NCBI GenBank assembly: GCA_964016885.1
Contig: OZ024742.1
Coordinates: 214,954,001-215,018,000 of the forward strand
Reading direction: 5' to 3'
Origin: Eledone cirrhosa
Lineage: Eukaryota
DNA: 64,000 bases
The position numbers were made by a program, and so were the translations under genes. Positions 24,885 to 36,950 of this stretch are shown here, one piece after another. The notes beneath the pieces are model-generated. The model worked only from the letters and a program-made list of their open reading frames with translations. It made no database searches and had not been told where the DNA came from. Within the stretch, counting starts at the first letter, position 1, and the number at the start of each line of letters is the position of its first letter.

Positions 24885-26100
24885 TTGCTTTATGTTCATA
24901 CGAGTTATCACCAAGTCACAACCAGTGACCTCAAGAGACAACAAGGTCCGCCATGTTCAAGAAAGAACATACATATTCACACATGCATCCTTAGGTGTTT
25001 AAACTTGTGATGTATTTATATTGACAGATTCTTCCTTAGTATATGGGCAGTTCCCATTAGTACTATCTTTTGTATTTCTCCTATACGCGGGTTTCCTGGG
25101 ATTTGCAATAAGTAATCATTAGACCCCTTAGGTATCATTCCTAGAGCGCCTACAACCACTGGTTTTGAGAATTATGTTAGTCTTGTGTATTATCTTTTGG
25201 TTCTGTTTGAAGTTCTGGATCTTAGGGAGGGTGTCTCGTTCCCCCATGTCATATTCTTTCATTTTCCTCCATTCGATCATAATTTCATCCTTCAAGTTGG
25301 CAAGTTCATTCTCATTCATTTATTTATCATTTACGATCTCATTGTTTTCATTTTGAGTTTCATCTTGAGCATGCACTCCCTCCACTTTTTCGATCCTTTC
25401 TTTAATTTGTTCTGTTGTCAGTGATTCCGCCCCAACCCTGGGATTCGAAGTGTTACAATTTACCTCGTTTTCACTGACACATTTTCATTTTTTCTTCGCT
25501 GACTTTGTGCTAATAGCTTGATCTGATCAATTTCTATATCAGTTAGTAACTTTTTTTTTACACTATTTCTTCGTATATTGGCTAGTTTGTTACTGTCAAT
25601 ATAGCCTCTGTTTTCGGGATGTTTCTTTTCCAGTTGATATGTGTCTGTTCTGTATTAGATGTATTTGATGGGTAGTACATGGCAGTGTAGAAAGCCTCAA
25701 GGACTTCTTTATGATCTTCCCTTGACCAAGGTTCTCTCTTTTTCTTTGGATTTCTTGGTGGTGAGCATGGAGGGCCAACAGTAGGATTATTCCGGTTATG
25801 GGAGGTCTCCAGCTCCGAAGTGATGGGAAGGTTTGAACCATTAGCTGATTTTTCGACCCGAGTCTGGTTCCTCTCTGAGGGACGCGGCCCTTTTTGACCC
25901 GGGTGACGGCCGATCCTGTAAGAGATTTTATCATTTGACATTTAATTTATTTTGTCGCATTTTATCCTTATCAGCCAAGGGGTTATCATTTCGTGTTACC
26001 ACTTCTAGGACGAGTGTCAACCAAGACTAGAGGGTCGTCCTCCCCTAGAGACACGGCTATTCCCCGCCGGCCGCCATCCCGGTATTTCTTGGTCACGTGG
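24885..26100 (-). mobile_element. R4/Dong element with large internal deletion (5' UTR and N-terminus joined to 3' end)
   Basis: KKKREPWSREDHKEVLEAFY N-terminal motif; junction at ~25163 into PVVVGALGMIPKG; 3' end nearly identical to 27339-27612. Confidence 0.8.
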
Positions 26101-26159
26101 TCTTCTTTTTTGTTGTTTTTTTCAATTGTTATTATCATGAGTGGTTCCTTAACGTGAGC

Positions 26160-27064
26160 ATTGCATGGCTTAAGAATGAAATTATTAATAATATAATATA
26201 CTTTTTGCTGAAGTTGCCTGTTATTGTTGTTGGCTATGTCGATGGTGGTGCTGGGGCTTTTTCTATTGTTGGTGGGGAAGGGGGGAGCCAGCAGTGCCAT
26301 AGTCGTTGATGTTTGGCCGGTGGCCGGGTCACTAAGTCAATCTATTTATATCTTTTGCTAGCCTCTCCCTTGTCTAGTGATACCGCCACCTTCCCCTTTC
26401 TTAAGTTAACAGAAGGTAATGGGGGAATAGTGGTGGTAGCAGTGAAGGAGTGGTGGCGACGGTGATGGGATAGTGGTTGCAATGATGGATGGGTATAGTG
26501 TCGGCGGTGACTATAGTGATGGCGGTGTCGTTAGTGAGTTTTGTTGAATAGGCTGTAGTTTGTTTGATCTGTGTATCTATGCGGTTTGTCGCGTATGTTT
26601 AATATATGGGTTGACATATATTTCCTTAATATTGGAATTAAATATTCTATGAAAACTTCAGACAATAATAATAGTAATTATTATTATTATGCTGGGATTG
26701 GTGGTGGTGGTGGTGAAATTGCCGTTATCTGGCTGTTGTATTTAGTGTACACAGAGGGGTGTGGGATAGGTGGTGTATCTAGTTTGTGGTGTTGGTGAAA
26801 TTGTTGTTATTCTATATAGTGTAGACAGAGGGGGTTTTCTTCCATTTATAACCATTTTCTTTTTTGAATATAAAATTTATAATAGAAAATTGAATATTTG
26901 AGAGATATAACAGAATATTATGGATCCGAATTTTCTGAGAGTTGAGTTTGGTGTTTTATGTATCATTTCTAATAAGAATTGTTATATCACAATTGATTTA
27001 AATATGTTAAAAATCAAAAACTTACGGTAGCGATTTCACGACATTCTATGCACCACATGCGTCC
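26160..27064 (-). mobile_element. 5' fragment (UTR and ORF1 start) of a second L1/Tx1-like family
   Basis: 5' end resembles 18924-19080 (TCGTGA..GCT.CCG.AAGTTT..ATTTT; CTCA.AAAATT.GG..CC), followed by Thr/Pro/Asn-rich coding-like sequence. Confidence 0.55.
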
Positions 27065-27087
27065 TCTTCTTCTTCCTTATTATTATT

Positions 27088-27261
27088 TTGGCAGTATCGG
27101 TAGAGGTTCGGACGCCATGCTTTCCAGCATAGTTACGTCCCTTTACGATCTGAGTTCAAATCCCGCCGCGGTTGACTTTGCCTTTCATCCTTACGGGGTC
27201 GATAAAATAAAGTACCAGTAATGCACTGGGTAATTGCTGGCCTTGTGCCTAAAATAGAAAC

Positions 27262-27336
<75 letters not shown>
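27088..27336 (+). mobile_element. Meta-type SINE with long (ATT)n tail
   Basis: Same family as 24693-24870. Confidence 0.9.
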
Positions 27337-27337
<1 letters not shown>

Positions 27338-27338
27338 G

Positions 27339-28932
27339 TTGCTTTATGTTCATACGAGTTATCACCAAGTCACAACCAGTGACCTCAAGAGACAACAAGG
27401 TCCGCCATGTTCAAGAAAGAACATACTCACACATGCATCTTTAGTGTTTAGACTTGTGATGTACTTACATTGACAGAATCTTCCTTAGTATATGGGCAGT
27501 TCCCATTAGTACTATCTTTTGTATTTCTCCAATACGCGGGTTTCCTGGGATTTGCGATAAGTAATCATTAGACCCCTTAGGTATCATTCCCAGAGCGCCT
27601 ACAACCACTGGTATTGTTTTAGTTCTCAATTTCCACATTTTTCCAATTTCTATCTCCAGGTCCTTATACTTGCTCAATGTTTCAAATGTTTTTATAGATA
27701 CATTCTTGTCTATTGGAACAGACATATCAATTAGCAGGCATACCCTCTTTTTAAAGTCCTTCAATATTATATCAGGTCTATTTGCATCTATTTTTCGGTC
27801 TGTTTGGATGCTAAAGTTCCACAAGATTGAGATGTGATCTTTTTCATGTATGGGAGGTGGTTGATGCTCCCACCAATTCTTTTGATGGGGCAGGTCAAAA
27901 TGCTTACACATTATCCAATGTATGTATTGTGCAGCTCTGTCATGCCTGTTTAGGTATTCGGTTGGAGCTATAGGACTGCACATTGAAATTATATGGTCAA
28001 TGGTCTCTGGTTTTTTTTTTGCATAGACGGCATAATGGGCTGCATCCATTTTTTATTATGTTGGCTTGGTAATTTTTTGTTGGCAGACACTGATCTTGTG
28101 CTGATATAATCAGTCCTTCAGTCTCCGATTTCAGACCAGAGGATGCCAACCACTGATGGGTTAAAGTTTTGTCAACATCAGGATTGTTAGCTCGCTCTGG
28201 GTATTTTCCATACAGAGGCTTTTCTTGCCATTTCTTAGCCAGTTTCTGTAGCAGTTCTTTCTTTGCAGTTACTTTTACCTGCTTTGCTTTTTCTGTGTTT
28301 TACATTTCAGCAGTAAATGGGACTTCTGAAATTTGTAGTCCATTACTGTATCTTTGTGCATCTTTTGTAATGGAATATGAACTTTTGATGCTTTCGTGTT
28401 TCAAAACGAGTTTGATCATCCAATCATGTGATTTCCTTAGATATGTGGATAATCCAATTGTTGCAGTTTTCAACGCAATGTCTAACTGGATTAACCCACG
28501 ATCTCCTTCTTTCCTAGGGAGATATATTCTATCTATATCTGCCTTAGGGTGATGCATTCTGTGCATGGTTAAGAATTTTCGAATTTTTGTATCGAGCCTA
28601 CGGATCTCTGTGCTTGACCAGTTGATGACATTGTAACTGTAGGTTACTACTGGTGTACTACAAGCGTGTTTATGGCATCGGTCCTATTCCTTGCATTCAA
28701 TTCCGTTCTTAAGATTGCTCTTACTCTGCGGTAACATTCCTTCCTTATCCTTTCCCTCATTGTCGAGTGCTTGATTCCGTCTCCTTAACAAACACCTAGA
28801 TATTTGTAAGTTTTTTCTTGGTCAAGTTCTCTTATCACGTTCCCCCGATCAAGATTAATGTCTGAACTCTTCAGCAGCTTTCCTCTGGTGAACGTTGCTT
28901 TGGCGCATTTATCTAGTCCGAACTCCATTTTA
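27339..28932 (-). mobile_element. R4/Dong-clade element, 5'-truncated
   Basis: MEFGLDKCAK, YKYLG, HPKADIDRIYLPRKEG, ETIDHIISMC, RHD, NRPDII...LIDMSVP, KYKDLEIE. Confidence 0.92.
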
Positions 28933-31474
28933 ATATAATACAATATCATTTCCATTCGATGCATCATGTTGAATATTTGGTTCAGTTAGATTATTACTTT
29001 CAAAAATATAATTTAGCTAGATAAGTAATAAACAAAGATCATACTTTATTTAGAAATTTCCTACGTTCGTCATCATTGTTTTCTATGTAGTCGTATTAGA
29101 AAGTGTTCACCACAATTGCGGAAACTCAGAAACCCAGCCAAGGAAAAATAGCAACCAATTATCTCTCCTATTATCCGCTACAATCTGTATAACAGAACAG
29201 TTTCAATAATGCTGTCTAGAATACATTATGATTGAATTAGGATTATGTAACCTGCCTTCACTTAAACCTTTGATTGATTCACAGCATCTCGTGTCCCATT
29301 AACACAAACCTCGAGTTTATCGTGATAAGGCATTGATTAATAGGCAACATTGGAATTCTTCCTCTGACTGTAATGCTGATATCTTTCGCAAATATCAGAG
29401 TCCCAAGAGCATGTCTAACCATTTTTTTATGCCAGGGAAATATTTTGAATTATGTAGATAAAACGGTGATTTAGATAACTTGAATCGCTTTCTTTGTAAG
29501 GAGATACGTTTTTTTTTAGCGAATGTTTGAACAGTCGTTGTCAGATTGGAAATATCGATGTCTATATTATTAAGTTTGAACATCTGTAGATCGATATTTT
29601 GAGGAAAACTTCAAAGAAAATGTTATCTATCAAGGTGACTTCGCGAGACCATCAAAAAAATGTAGATTAATATTTGTTGAACATGTTGTGCATGTCGTTC
29701 GTGTTAATGGAAGTGAGGTGTAAGAGATTGTTCTTGATATATACAGCAAGTATGTCCTTCAACTATTAAAATTGAACAGTTTGTCATGTGACACGAAAGC
29801 CTATCATTTACATACTGGCATTTATTATGTTGTTGTTAATGTAAATATTTTAAATGTCTATTCTGGATTGATTCTATAACGTTTTCACACACCACTGATA
29901 ATACATTCCGTAATGAAATCTTATACAGTAATACGATATTTTAAACATTTTTAAGGAATATTTGTTATTATATACCAGTTACATATTTCCATCTATATGC
30001 TCTTTATATTTCCATTATATTTTGTGCATTCAGATTTATTACTTACTAAGTGATACAGTCATTTTAAACCAATAGATTATTCAAATCCTCAGATTGGCGA
30101 TTGAATGGAAAATACCTTTTGCCAGACTAAAAAAAAAGTATTGAAAAAGAATTAAATAACATATATGCTTCAAAGAAAAATACAACTAAATATCATCCAA
30201 CTGAATTAATATGCGATAAAAATGAAACAAATAAAAAAATATATATATATATTATCATATGTGATAGTATATGACATCAAGAAATTGTTCTTAAAAATAA
30301 AATTAGAAATGTATTGACATGACAAACATACTTGTGCAGTTTTGGTATGTTTATATTTCTGGCTTTTTCCTGCGAATATATGTAAATATAATTAAGTACA
30401 TTGCCAACATTTATGAACTTCTAAAATCATAAAACTTCCAAATTTTATAGGAGATATTAAATCCGATATTAAAAGCGAATATTTATATACATTATATTAC
30501 ATTTGTTTTAAAATACTCCCATAAATTCTTAACATATGATATATGCAAACAGATTCCCTCCGCTTTAAGAATTATCACATTATACATCGAGTTCATTGTG
30601 TGGACTCAGTATGTGGCATAATTAGATTTTTGGCACATAGAATCCATAAAATGATGATAAAACACCACATAGCGTCATATTCATCGATGAAATTCTATAC
30701 CGTCTTAGAACAAAATATATTTTAGTCTTTTATAGAACTTCATAAAAGCTGAGAATATACTGCGTTTAAAAGAAAATTCCCGAACTTTAAAAATCAATTA
30801 ATTGCACACACTCATGTGCACAGCTATTCATCATCACATACACTGACATACGCACTTACAGACTCAGTTATTTTTAATGATCTGAACGTTAATAGCGGAA
30901 ATGATAAACATCCATGCTTTTCAACTACGTCCATAGAAGAAACTCTATGATCGTATATGTAGATGGTGATTATATTTGTACATGCATTAGGCAAAATTAC
31001 TTATATATGATCGCGTGATAAAAATTTCAATCACCGAAGTTGAATGCCCGAAAGTATGTATGTATATCTATACACACAAACACTGACACAGATACAGACA
31101 AATATACACACGCAAACATACTAACACACACTCCACACAGATGATATAAATGTGTATGTGTGTGTGAATGTGTGTGTGTGTATTTGTGTGTGTGTATATA
31201 CAGAGAGAAAGAGAGAGTGAAAAAGACTAAGGAACGTAAAAAGCCAAATGTGAAGCCTACTGGTTACAGCTTTATTCAGCAAGCCATTCAAGAGTGTACT
31301 TGGGCTTCATTGAGTGCACGCAGTGTGTAGCATAATTAAATATTTTACACATTCGATCCCTAATATGATGACAAAAAAAGTAATGGGACTCATATTCATT
31401 GACGAAATTCTATACCGAATAGGCGCCGAAACGGCGGGATTTGACCTTACTCTATACCCACTCTGCACACACAC

Positions 31475-31520
<46 letters not shown>

Positions 31521-31817
31521 GTGTGTGTGTGTGTGTGTGTGTATAAAACGAACGACAAATGTAACCTTGTAGGAAAAAGCGAAGAGGCCTCACATAGTTG
31601 GTCATCCTTGAACTCAAACTAAAAGCAATTATGGGGACAAAAGTGGAGCCTAGTGAGAAGTAAAACCAATTATGTGTAAGTTTCTAGGAAGGAATGGCGT
31701 GGCTTAAGCATGAAGGAGAGAAATAAAGATAGGATATCATAGGTAGATAGTAATATGTTAATATCTAATGCCATGCGTTTGCTAATTCCAATTATACAAA
31801 CACAAACCCACACACAC

Positions 31818-31885
<68 letters not shown>

Positions 31886-32759
31886 TAAAATGACAGGAGG
31901 GTGGACTGGTGAAATTCCTTCAAATATTTATTACAAACACTATGCCCATTTGAGTGACCAGGTTCCGTAGAAACCTGGTGACATCAACAGGTGTTAATTG
32001 TATAAAAGTTATCTAATAAACGAATATAATAAAGGAATAATGGTAAACACAATCGAAGAAGCTGAAAAGCAGAGAGAAATATTTAAGACCTGAAGGGGGT
32101 CGCTGTCAGCTGTTGCCAGTCTGGATGACCGCCTTCAAGTGAGGAATCTATTTAATTTCGTCTTGTCGGTTTTGTCAGGGTGCTGTATGCTTATAGTGCA
32201 TACTACTACTACCCCGCTGTTATCCACTGCCATATGGACACATGCTAATGGTAAAGGAGATAGGTTTACATAGAAAAAATGCTGGTTGGCGTTAGTCAAA
32301 AGTACTAAAAAATATAGTGGACAGTCAGAACTAGAACCCAACAGATATTTAAGGTAGAGTTTGAAATTAGGATTAAAGATTAGAAATGTCAAATTTAGGT
32401 TTAAAATTGAAAGATTTTATTAAAGAATTTCTAGAAGCAAGCATTTATGTAAAAGTTAAATATATCTTTCATAGTCATAATAAGGCTTTAAGGTAGAATT
32501 TAAAGTTAAGATTAAAGATTAAAAACGTAAAATTTAAGTTTAAAATTTAACAGTGCTGTTTGGCTATCAATAAGCTCTGACGCCTTCCTGCTTGCACCCC
32601 CAGCGCCTGAGTCTGTCCATCTTCCTGAAGTGGAGAGATAAGTGATTCGTTATGAGAATGATATGCCAGTAGTGAGCGGCACAGTGTGCTCAATGCGTAT
32701 TGGATGCAAATATTGTGAGTAAGCCAGAGAAATAATCTCAAGCAAAAAATTGTATAAGC

Positions 32760-33873
32760 AGAGCTTTAATACAGATATTAAATGTTAGAGAAAACAATAC
32801 TAAATTCTTGAACACATATATATTTAATGGCTGACAATTGTTTCGGGATCCATATCAGTATTATGAACATGCAGATGAAAATTATCGATTATGAAATCAA
32901 TAATCGTAAATTTCAGTGTATTTATATGTGTCGCTAAAGAAGTATAAAATGTTTAATTACAATGCTTAAATGAATGGCTATGAGAATTAAAATAACTCTC
33001 GAAAGGGGTAACAGTAGCTCCAATGTACGTTTTAGTGTCATAATCGGTTTTAAAAAGGTAACTATATATTATTAGTAAGAGATTGACCATTCAGAGTGCA
33101 GTTATTAGGATTTCTACAATTACAGTTACAACTAGAAGAAGTAGAGATTGTAGGTAAAGAGATATAATTAGTAGGCATGTGTCGGTGATATGATAGGAGA
33201 GTTAAAAGAATAACTATGAATGTTAGAATTATTCATATACAAAGGGTTAAGTGGTTGAGAGAAATTAACAGAAAGGGAGGCACTATTTTTTTTTTTTAGT
33301 TTCTTCTGCAATATAATCGGTCAAGTTTGGGGGAGTGGAGAAAGAAATCTTAACGAAACCTTTGTTAAAATAAGTTATAGTAAAAGATATAGTAATAAGT
33401 TATAGTAAAATAAGTTATAGCTAGGGGAGAAATTATTGCGTAAGATGGAGATGAACCTGTTAGAGAGGTTAGGCGTTATATTATGGTAGAACAGAGGAGA
33501 AAACCAGGACAGAATACGTGATAGATTACGGCGCGGAGTACTCACTGTATTAAAAGGAATTATAGGATAAATTTCCATTAAATTCTTAGGATTTATAATG
33601 TATTATTATTTTACTTACATCTCTAATGTGTGGACTGGTATTCTTCAAGTTTTACATTTATTGTAGTCCCTATTTTCAGTGACATGTAATTTTGAATTTT
33701 TATCTTTTCTTTCCTTTTCGGCACCGATGAGAAGACCGTATGAAACTTTTCTTTTTATTATCACTTACTATCATCGATTTTATAATCTATGTATAGATTA
33801 CTGATATGGTTTCCGAAACAATTGTCAGCCATTAAATTGTTGAAGAACTTGGTAGTTTTCTCAAAAATGTAAT

Positions 33874-33880
<7 letters not shown>
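32760..33880. mobile_element. Opposed pLTR-like sequences, right copy with hammerhead
   Basis: TACTGATATGG..CCGAAACAATTGTCAGCCATTAAA on plus at 33799-33836 and on minus at 32825-32860. Confidence 0.6.
33720..33830 (+). ncRNA. Type I hammerhead motif (CCGAUGA variant, long stem II)
   Basis: GGC-a-CCGATGA-GAAGACCGTA...TATGGTTTCC-GAAA-CAATTG-TC-aGCC; palindromic stem III, triplet GUC. Confidence 0.6.
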
Positions 33881-33909
<29 letters not shown>

Positions 33910-34027
33910 GAGTATATATATATAGTAATAATAATAAATTTGAAGACTAATATTTAATATATATATATGCATATATATATTAATCATTAGTCTTCAAATA
34001 TATATATATATGTTAATTATTAGTCTT

Positions 34028-34073
<46 letters not shown>

Positions 34074-34337
34074 TGCATATAGAAAGACAATATTATAATT
34101 ACTAATTTAAAGGAACTGAAATTAGTTATTCTGCTTAAATAAATAGCTAATCTAGAAAATATGCTGTATCTAGATGAAAAATAGCTTCACAAGTTATTAT
34201 GCGGATCACTAGCAACATATTTATTAAATATACGTCAATATCATTTGCACACGAAGTCTGAATGTTAAAAATAATGTTAAAAATAATTTCAACAGCGAGA
34301 GGGGCAGAGTAATATGGACAGATTTTACTACCAAAAT

Positions 34338-34514
34338 CAACGAGCAGGAGACCCATGAGTAGACACCAAGCATGGTAATTGTATAACATCCATGACCTTC
34401 GCTGGTCTCACTTGTAGATCCAGTCGGATAGGTTGGAGATGGTCGCCTCTGACAGGACCCGATGGAAGGAATGTTTTTGAGGACTCTGCTCTTCGGGAAT
34501 AAGTGTGCAGAGAA

Positions 34515-34584
<70 letters not shown>

Positions 34585-34623
34585 AAGAAGAAGAAGAAGA
34601 AGAAGAAGAAGAAGAAGAAGAAG
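34338..34623 (+). mobile_element. RTE LINE 3' tip with (AAT)n(AAG)n tail
   Basis: RRPMSRHQAW...HDL...LEMVASDRTRWKE...LCSS resembles an RTE C-terminus, followed directly by a triplet tail. Confidence 0.6.
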
Positions 34624-34650
34624 GTATAGTGATTGCAATAATTATAGCAT

Positions 34651-34692
<42 letters not shown>

Positions 34693-34717
34693 TCCAGCAG
34701 TCGCAAGTCTGGGAGGG

Positions 34718-34761
34718 ATCGTCCTGATGAAGACCTGTTAAGTCTGAAAGGCATCGATGAT
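34718..34761 (+). ncRNA. Minimal type I hammerhead ribozyme in a ~210-bp island between (TA)n
   Basis: ATCGTC-CTGATGA-AGAC ctgttaa GTCT-GAAA-GGCA-TC-GATGAT; intact core, 6-bp stem I, triplet AUC. Confidence 0.8.
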
Positions 34762-35000
34762 TGTCACCCTTGCTTCTGCTGGACACCACCAGAGGGCGTT
34801 AGGCCCGGAGTTTTTTTTTTCTTTTTTTCTTGCATAGCTACGGCTTCCTAAATATTTACCCTGTAAACATACCGTGTTTCTTTAGAAAACGAAATTTCTA
34901 TACATAATTATATATATACTAATTATACACTCACACACACATATATATGTGCGAGAAAGTATATATATATATATATATGTATATAAATATATATATATAT

Positions 35001-35716
35001 ATATGAATGAAAATAAACCGAGAAAAGGGGACTGTCCATCATCAGTAGTCTGCTGATATCATTGGTATTTCTTCGCATACCAATGATAATCAGCAGACTA
35101 CTGATGATTGACAGTCCCGTTTCTCGGTCTATTTTCATTTATATGTATCACATTCGCAACAACGCAGCGGGGCATTTTTCCAATCACATATATTTTCTTC
35201 CCTTCGCTGTGGGTCGTATTTTTTCTATCACCTTAATGCTATCCGCTTTCTCTCTCCCCTTTCTCTCTCCTTGTACCTCTTGCTTTCTTTCACCCCCTCG
35301 GCTGGCCTCTTTCTAACACTTTCACTAACTCTCTGCTACTCCTTCTCTCTCACTTCCTCCCGTCAGACCTGTGTGAAATCCTTTCTCTATCACTTTTCGC
35401 GTGGCTCGGACGTATCTGCCTCTTCTCGTCGATTGATTTGTTCGGACTTAAGTCCACAAGATTCATTGACTTGTCTCTCTTTTCCTCTCTTTACGTTGCA
35501 TTACTACCATGTTGTTTGCTTACATTCCCCTTCCAATTCGCTCTGTCCCGATAACTTATTTTAGTTATCGCTCGCACTGATTTTGAGGTATTAGTCTTTA
35601 ATGCGAAGAAATACCAATGATAATCAGCAGACTACTGATGTTGGACAGTCCCGTTTCTTGGTCTATTTTCATTCATATGTATCACATTCGCAACAACGCA
35701 GCACGCCATTTTTTCA

Positions 35717-35722
<6 letters not shown>
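35001..35722 (+). mobile_element. Non-coding PLE-like element: inverted arm, direct repeat, ~400-bp body, direct repeat
   Basis: 35001-35077 is inverted relative to 35602-35679; 35077-35180 is a direct repeat of 35611-35714; (TA)n flanks. Confidence 0.7.
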
Positions 35723-35754
<32 letters not shown>

Positions 35755-36379
35755 ACATATACATTTTGAATGTGTCGTAGTATTTAGAGATATTCACATT
35801 AATATGACTTCACACTATCAAACACAAACACATACACACAGACACGCCCAGTGCTACACACTCACTATCATATTTTGAAGCGGAAGTTTGAAATATACTG
35901 CCCCTGTTTGCCAGTGTAACAAATAGTGATAAATTAAACATTCTTTGTATGACCTAGCTTACTACTGAATTTTGCTTTTGTTGTGTCACATCTTTATGCA
36001 TGGATGGCTGCATTTCTATTTGTGTTTAATATATTCTCTTCTAGTAAAATAAGAAAAAAATAAAAGCAAGTCTTCGTTCAGTTAATACGATCTTTACGTA
36101 TTTGATTAGCAGAATTTTATGATAGATTTGATTTCCCTCATAGAACCATTATTAACATTATCGAAAACGTTCCATGTCACTGAATCTGTTATACCTATCT
36201 TACATTGTACTGAATATCTACTAAGTAAGTCAATTGGTATACATCTGAAGCTAAAAATCACACTCTACTCAATAAAACTGTCGATATTATTTTTTTATGT
36301 ATCAATATATTTCTATATTTACTGAAACAATAATTCTGTGTGTAATATAAAGATTCTACAAATTAATAGTTTATTATAT

Positions 36380-36449
36380 TTGCCATCAAAGCAATCATTG
36401 AGTGGTAATCGTTTATTATATTACCACTCAATGATTGCTTTGATGGCAA
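36380..36449. repeat. Perfect 30-bp inverted repeat with 10-nt spacer
   Basis: TTGCCATCAAAGCAATCATTGAGTGGTAAT and its exact reverse complement. Confidence 0.95.
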
Positions 36450-36594
36450 GTTTAGCCAAATGCTATATTAAGTAAATAGTCAATTTTACAGGATTACTGT
36501 TATCTATTTTTTAATGCATTTCAGTAACGCTATCTGTGTGTTTATGTGTTACATTTCTATATAGCTCTTGATATTATAGATATTTATTATTAGT

Positions 36595-36950
36595 GGATTG
36601 ACTGAATCGGTAGAGTGCCAGACAGCAGGCATTGAGTAGAGGGTCGGACGCCATGCTTTCTAGCATAGTTACGTCCCTTTACAGACTGAGTTCAAACCCC
36701 CCCCGAGGTTAACTTTGCCTTTCATCCTTACGGGGTCGATAAAATAAAGTACCAGTAATGTACTGGAAAATTGCTGGCCTTGTGCCAAATGTAGAAACAA
36801 TTATGACATAGTGTTGTGGACCTTTACTTTCTGGGTTGAAATCCTGCGAAGGTTAGCTTCGCCTTTTATCCTTACCCTATCGATAAAATGAAGTACCAGT
36901 TGTGAACTGGGGTCGATTTGATCAACGTTCTCCTCCCCCAAATTAGCTGG
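36595..36950 (+). mobile_element. Young SINE (~36636-36804) nested in or adjacent to an older SINE
   Basis: Two Meta-type cores (about 36714 and 36858) and an extra head at 36595-36630. Confidence 0.8.

Noticed and set aside
24693-27612. Segmental duplication of a SINE+Dong unit
   Set aside because: The SINE copies look more diverged than the Dong ends and the junction sequences differ, so independent insertion is more likely; not excluded.
29100-29900. Decayed leucine-rich-repeat/Toll-like pseudogene (similar hints at 38450-38930 and 59300-59580)
   Set aside because: Only isolated LxxxN-like peptides across many stops and frames; indistinguishable from chance without a TBLASTN or HMM search.
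32140-32185. Hammerhead on the minus strand (CTGACAA...GAAA)
   Set aside because: Stems I and II do not pair convincingly.
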